Assembly: GCA_047967505.1 (NCBI GenBank)
Contig: CM106538.1
Length of the DNA: 64,000 nucleotides
DNA from: Dipteris shenzhenensis
Taxonomy: Eukaryota
Reading direction: 5' to 3' (one strand)
In this document: positions 59,040-64,000 of the stretch, piece after piece
Position numbering within the stretch: the stretch's first letter is position 1
Layout: every line of letters starts with the position of its first letter
The notes under the pieces: generated by a model
Database searches by the model: none
What the model saw: only the letters and a program-made list of their open reading frames with translations
Told to the model about the DNA's origin: nothing
Translations under genes and position numbers: made by a program

Positions 59040-62000
59040 AAATCCGTACTGTTTGTACTTTTTATTAGAAATCCATACCGTCTGTACTTTCTGTCAAAAA
59101 TCTGTACAGTCAGAAATCCGTATAGTCAGAATCCCTACAGTCCGCATCGTCAGAATCCGTACTATCCGTACTTTCTGCTGTTGTTGTACTTGCTGTCCTT
59201 TCCTCTTTGTAAAGCCTTGTTGCTTCCAAGCCTTCCATTTTGTTCCTTGTTTCTCCTTTTCCTTGACTCAAATGGCAGATTATTCCTCTGAGAAAACCTT
59301 TCATAATGACAAGTTGGTTTCCAACAAAAACAAAAACATGTGATGGATTCAGATGATTCCCTTCATGACTATGCTGAGGCTTAGCTTGTTTATGAGGTTA
59401 TGCATGAAGGGTTTGAAGACACCCGCAAGGGCTGGAAAGATCCACTTCCCACCACTGGCATTATGGTGGAAGTGGATGATATCTTTGATCCAGTTAAGGA
59501 GTATGCAAAGCATGCCATTATAATTTTCTTCCATTCAATGCCTTGTTCAAGGGGAAATCTTTGAATTTGCATCAGTTTATGCCCCCCAATCTTCTCATGA
59601 TAGAGCTTTGATCTGGGCTGCCATGCATAGCTTTCCATGGCGACAACATGCCTTCATTTATGGTGACTTTAATAATGCCCCTCAATTGAGTGACAACACC
59701 TCAGGCCACACTCATATGTTGGCTTCTGAAACACAGGCATGGTCTGATTTTTTGCTTCAGTTGCGCCTAGTTGATCTTTGGAAGGAATTACAGCCCATGC
59801 TTCCAGGCTATAACTTTCAACATAATGCTTGATCTTCTTATCTGTTACAAATAACACAACTATCTATTCCTATTGCAGATCACGGGAGCAGCACCATGGA
59901 TATCCTCCCAGCCAACCTTGCTAAAGCTAACGAGTAGACAGAGAATTCGGATATCAAAACAAAGGTGAAAATCCACAGCCCTACAATAAAGTCCATGGAA
60001 ATGCTCTCCCACTTACTCAGTGGTATTTCCAAGGGCTGTAAAAGTCCGGGTGGCTTCACCCGCTCGGCCTTGCTTACCTGACACGAGAAACACCGTGTCA
60101 CATATTCATGAATATGCTTTTTCATCTTTGGCCAAAAGAAATCTCGCTTCACGAGATCATATGTCTTCTCGACTCCTGGATGTCCCGCACATGGGCTATC
60201 ATGGCACTGTCGAATGACTCTCTGCCTGAGATTATTCTGACTAGGTACTACAACCTTGCCATTTCTTTTCAGCATACCATCCCTTATGGTATATCTTGCA
60301 TAAGTTTGGCCTTTTCTGGATGCGAGGGTATCCTTTTCATTTTCCCCGGGTTTTAACACATGAGCTTTAGGCCATAAGCTCTGGACAAACTCGTCCACTT
60401 TTTGAGTTTCTCTAATCTCGGTCATTAGAGCACTCTCTAATACTGTGAAACAGCTTGTTTTATGGTGTTAAAACTTTCTTGTTGCTTCTGTCCCCATATA
60501 AAAGGTACTTTATCTGAGGTCAGATTAGTCAATGGCGATACTATTTCGGAATATCCTTTGATATGCCTTCTATAAAACTGGACAAACCCCAAGAATGATC
60601 GCAGTGCGGTCAGACTAGCGCGGTCAGACTCTGAGGGATTGGCCAAGTTAGTATCACAGCCACTTTCTTTGGATCCATTTCTACCCCCTGTGGAGTAATT
60701 ATGAATCCTAAATATTCAAGCCTAACCATACACAGTATAGTTTTCTTTTTATTTACATAAAGACTGGCTTTCCTCAAAGTACTGAACACTACTCTTAAGT
60801 GTTCACAATGCTCAGTAATACTTTTACTGAATATCAGGATATCGTCAATAAAATGTACTACGAACTTTCCGATATACGGACGTAGTAAATCATTCATAAG
60901 CATGACGAATGTAGCCGGAGCATTGGTAAGTCCGAAGGGCATTACCAAAAACTCATAATGACCAAACCTGCTTCTGAAAGCGGTTTTATGCACATCCTCG
61001 GCTCTAATCCGGATCTGATGGTAGCCACACTTAAGATCTATCTTGCTGAAAATCACGGCTCCATGTAATGCATCTAGCAAATCATCAATCCGAGCCATCG
61101 GATACCTGTGCTTAACAGTGATATTATTCAATGCTCTGTAATCTATACAGAGGCGAAACGTATCATCCTTTTTCTTCTTTAATATCACTGGCGAAGCAAA
61201 AGGTGAGAAACTTGGTTGAATCTGCCCCAACTTGAGGTATTCTTCCAGTTGTCTACGCACCTCCGCCTCTTCAGTAAAACTCATTCTATAGGGAGGTCTA
61301 TTTACAGGTTCTGCCCCCGGGATCAATTCAATCTTATGCTGAACTTTCCGCTCTGGAGGTAACCCATAAGGTAGTTCATCCCTAAAACATTCAGAGAACT
61401 CCTCTGTTATAAGATTAGCCAGCTTGGCCATCTCACCACTTTGCGTAACATCAGTGCTAGCCGAAGAATCATCAACCGGCTCTACCGATGCTGTGCAAAG
61501 GAATAAAAATTCTTCCTAAGCTTTTCAGATTTCCATCACGGAAACCAACGGTCCCTGAGGTATATCTTTCTCACGTCGTAAGACATAAAGCACATCATTC
61601 ATCTTGATTTGATATATCAATGGCTGGATTCTTCCTATAATGCCACGCCATACCCAGGGCTATATCTGCATGAGCAAGCTTGGTCATTTCAAAATCAAGC
61701 TTCTCAGCATAGTCCTGAATACGAAGCTCCAACTGGGTAACCCTTTGGTCCCATACTTCAGTTGAACTTCCATCTGCCATCCTGACTGTATACGCATAGT
61801 CAGATGGACTTGTCTTTAATTTCAGCCTCTTCACGAGCTTGGAGTTAATCACATTGTGAGTTGACACCGAGTCAAACAACACAATGACATCATGATTGGC
61901 CACTTGTCCTTTCATTTTAATTAACTCCGTATCATTAAAGGCTGTATGCCCCGTTGCTGCGGGCTTAGATAGGATGTTATCAGGTGCACTCGTCACTAGC

Positions 62001-63028
62001 TTAGCAACAGACACACATAACAGTACGGGATGACCACCGCTCGAAAACCGTCCGTCGTCGTCGTGCAGTCCCCTCCAATTCGTAGCCTTGGGCTCTGAGA
62101 CCAAATGTTACAAATAACACAACTATCTATTCCTACTGCAGATCACGGGAGCAGCACCATGGATATCCTCCCAGCCAACCTTGCTAAAGCTAACGAGTAG
62201 ATAGAGAATTCCGATATCAAAACATACGTGAAAATCCTTCTCTTCTCTCTCTAGCCTCAACAAGTCCCATCTCCCTAGATAGATCTAGATGCCACATGTC
62301 ATCCATATAGGGCCTTCCTAATGCAACATTTCACCCCTCTCTTGGGATGCATTAAATCCTTTGCCTCTAGGCATAATCTTTGCATTAGGCCCTTAGCCTT
62401 AGATCTACCTAGTCTGGTGCTATCAACCCTCACCTAGGACCTTGACATTAATTCCCTCCCGATCTTTTACATGAAGCGCAAACAAATAATTTACAAAGAT
62501 AGATCCTTTAAGGGAAATGTCGACTGATTCTTTTGAGGTCATGCTACCTCGGCTAGAGCGTAACATTATTGGGCATGCTTGGACAGATGGTATCAGGTTA
62601 ATCCACAGCATTGTGATGCCTTTACTTGTCAAATTTGGGTTGATCATGCTTTCACACATTTAGATCATGCTCCTCTTTAGTTGAGGCTCTTTAGTTGAGG
62701 CTTTCCTTACATGAATTCCTCACTTACAGATTGCCTTGCCGAAGGCTTTTGCTGATTAATAATAGTTATCTGGAGCATGTTGACTTTAAAGCCGGTCTCT
62801 GATGCTATTCAGCGTCTCTCTCGTGAGATACACATTGGTTTGGATTATGCATGGTAGGCTTTTGTTGCTATCTCTGCATGACGCTTGTCATGAAAATGAC
62901 TTAGATGTATCGTCTTTAGAGGTGTTTTCCCACTGCTTTTGATTTTTCAGAAAAGTTTGTTTTCCAGGCTATTCTCATTCGAAAAAGTTTTTCTTATTAT
63001 AAATACAGTGGTTTCACCAAAAAAAAAA
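59040..63028 (+). mobile_element. Internally deleted + strand L1 (59040-59842 and 62566-63028) split by a Ty3 element
   Basis: SVYAP, FIYGDFNN, and HNA*SSY|WACLDRWY across the insertion; ends ATAAA...TTTCACCAAAAAAAAAA. Confidence 0.75.
59843..62565 (-). mobile_element. Heavily deleted Ty3/Gypsy element (2.7 kb)
   Basis: 5' LTR 62106-62565 (TGTTAC...GTAACA); 3' LTR remnant 59843 to about 59974; degenerate PBS at 62092-62103; TSD TTATC/TTATT; PR (VLFDSVSTHN), RT ([29 protein letters not shown]), integrase zinc finger. Confidence 0.92.
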
Positions 63029-63045
63029 GTGTGTGTGCGTTTGTC

Positions 63046-63131
<86 letters not shown>

Positions 63132-64000
63132 TGGAAAGCAGGGCAGGAGCCGGGAGAGAAGGAATGCAAGGTGGGAAGGCAGAATGGCAAGGGGGTCGAG
63201 ACGGGGGCAGTAAAAGGCTGTATTCCATGTAGAGCAATATGGGTTTGTACAAGCAGTACGGACGAAGGGGTTGGAAGGGGATGGGATAGGGCACACCTAT
63301 GAGCAAAAAAGGGGTGGAAGAGAGGGATGGCTGAGTCAATGTAGGAAGGGACCAGGGGTGTGGGCTGAAGGAGTGTGAAATGGGCTGAAGGAGGCAGAGG
63401 TAGAGGCAGGCTAAAGGGGAGGCAGACTGGAGAAACACTGAGGGAGAGGCGAGTTGGAGAGGCGGGCTGGAAGGAGGTGGGATGAGCGAGGAGCACACTG
63501 AAGAGTCCAGGTTCTCAGATCCAAGAAGCCAACATTTCCTGTTGGGCAGCTAAACTCAAACTCTGGTCTGCTTTAGTAGCTGTTTGTCTTGGGAATGCTT
63601 AGCAAGCTAACACGGCATTTTAATGTATGTTTGCTCATGGAGAGAGTAAACTATCAAACCTCATAGCAGGTTCTATTTGTCATCTTCTAGAGTCCATCCT
63701 ACCACTCAGCCTAAAACATGCCTGCTCAAAGGCACGAATGGGGATTTCCTTATCAGATTTATCTGACTATTCCAATTGGGCCAGGATTTTCCTACTCCCG
63801 ACAATCTGGGTGTATGCGACTTGTAGCCTGAGACTTAAAAAAGTGTCCAAGGTGTCTCTTAATTATGTGAAAAATTTAATGAACCCTCTTGTCACAGATC
63901 TCAATATATTGAGCGTGTTAATATGAAAAACTTTGAAGTTATAAGAACTTTTCCAGGTCCATAATGTGTTTGTTCTGTGCGCAAAATCTACTTAATGTTT

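Larger units (their letters stand above)
16955..64000 (+). other. Probable giant intron (at least 47 kb, running past the window end)
   Basis: GTAAGT donor at 16955; the expected next GH38 exon (roughly xNxGIY...SVLVDR...GG) was not recognised downstream; the interval is almost all retrotransposon. Confidence 0.65.

Noticed and set aside
62588-62598. TGGTATCAGG as another PBS
   Set aside because: It lies in L1 endonuclease coding sequence (LDRWY), outside the LTR, and on the wrong side for the - strand element
63540-64000. Possible next mannosidase exon or 99 aa ORF 63627-63926
   Set aside because: No GH38 motif recognised; probably decayed repeat or intron sequence that I could not classify

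Overview
Eukaryotic land-plant DNA; a large-genome lineage such as a fern is an inference only. The window is the interior of a + strand GH38 alpha-mannosidase gene. Three short exons (321-368, 502-621, 16889-16954) splice in frame across a 16.3 kb intron, and the next intron is at least 47 kb (no further exon recognised). The introns are a two-layer retrotransposon pile. The older layer is decayed non-LTR elements: two L1-type families and RTE-X-like elements, many abutting GA/GT microsatellites. Seven LTR elements sit inside those remnants, each with a TSD and tRNA-iMet PBS: a non-autonomous large-LTR element (1955-4913), three Ty3/Gypsy (8852-15782 +, 20609-28013 -, 59843-62565 -) and three Ty1/Copia (30891-37173 +, 42007-47869 -, 49149-55623 +). 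Most notable: (1) dense CCGTAC/GTAC arrays just downstream of the PBS in unrelated Ty1 and Ty3 elements and at an L1 5' end; (2) five head-to-tail RTE-X-like 3' ends stacked in a GA microsatellite and sharing a covarying 3' stem-loop; (3) an extra proline-rich ORF upstream of gag in a chromovirus; (4) splice-acceptor-like sites just before gag in four elements. Exon, LTR, TSD and PBS coordinates were read by eye; LINE remnant boundaries are approximate.
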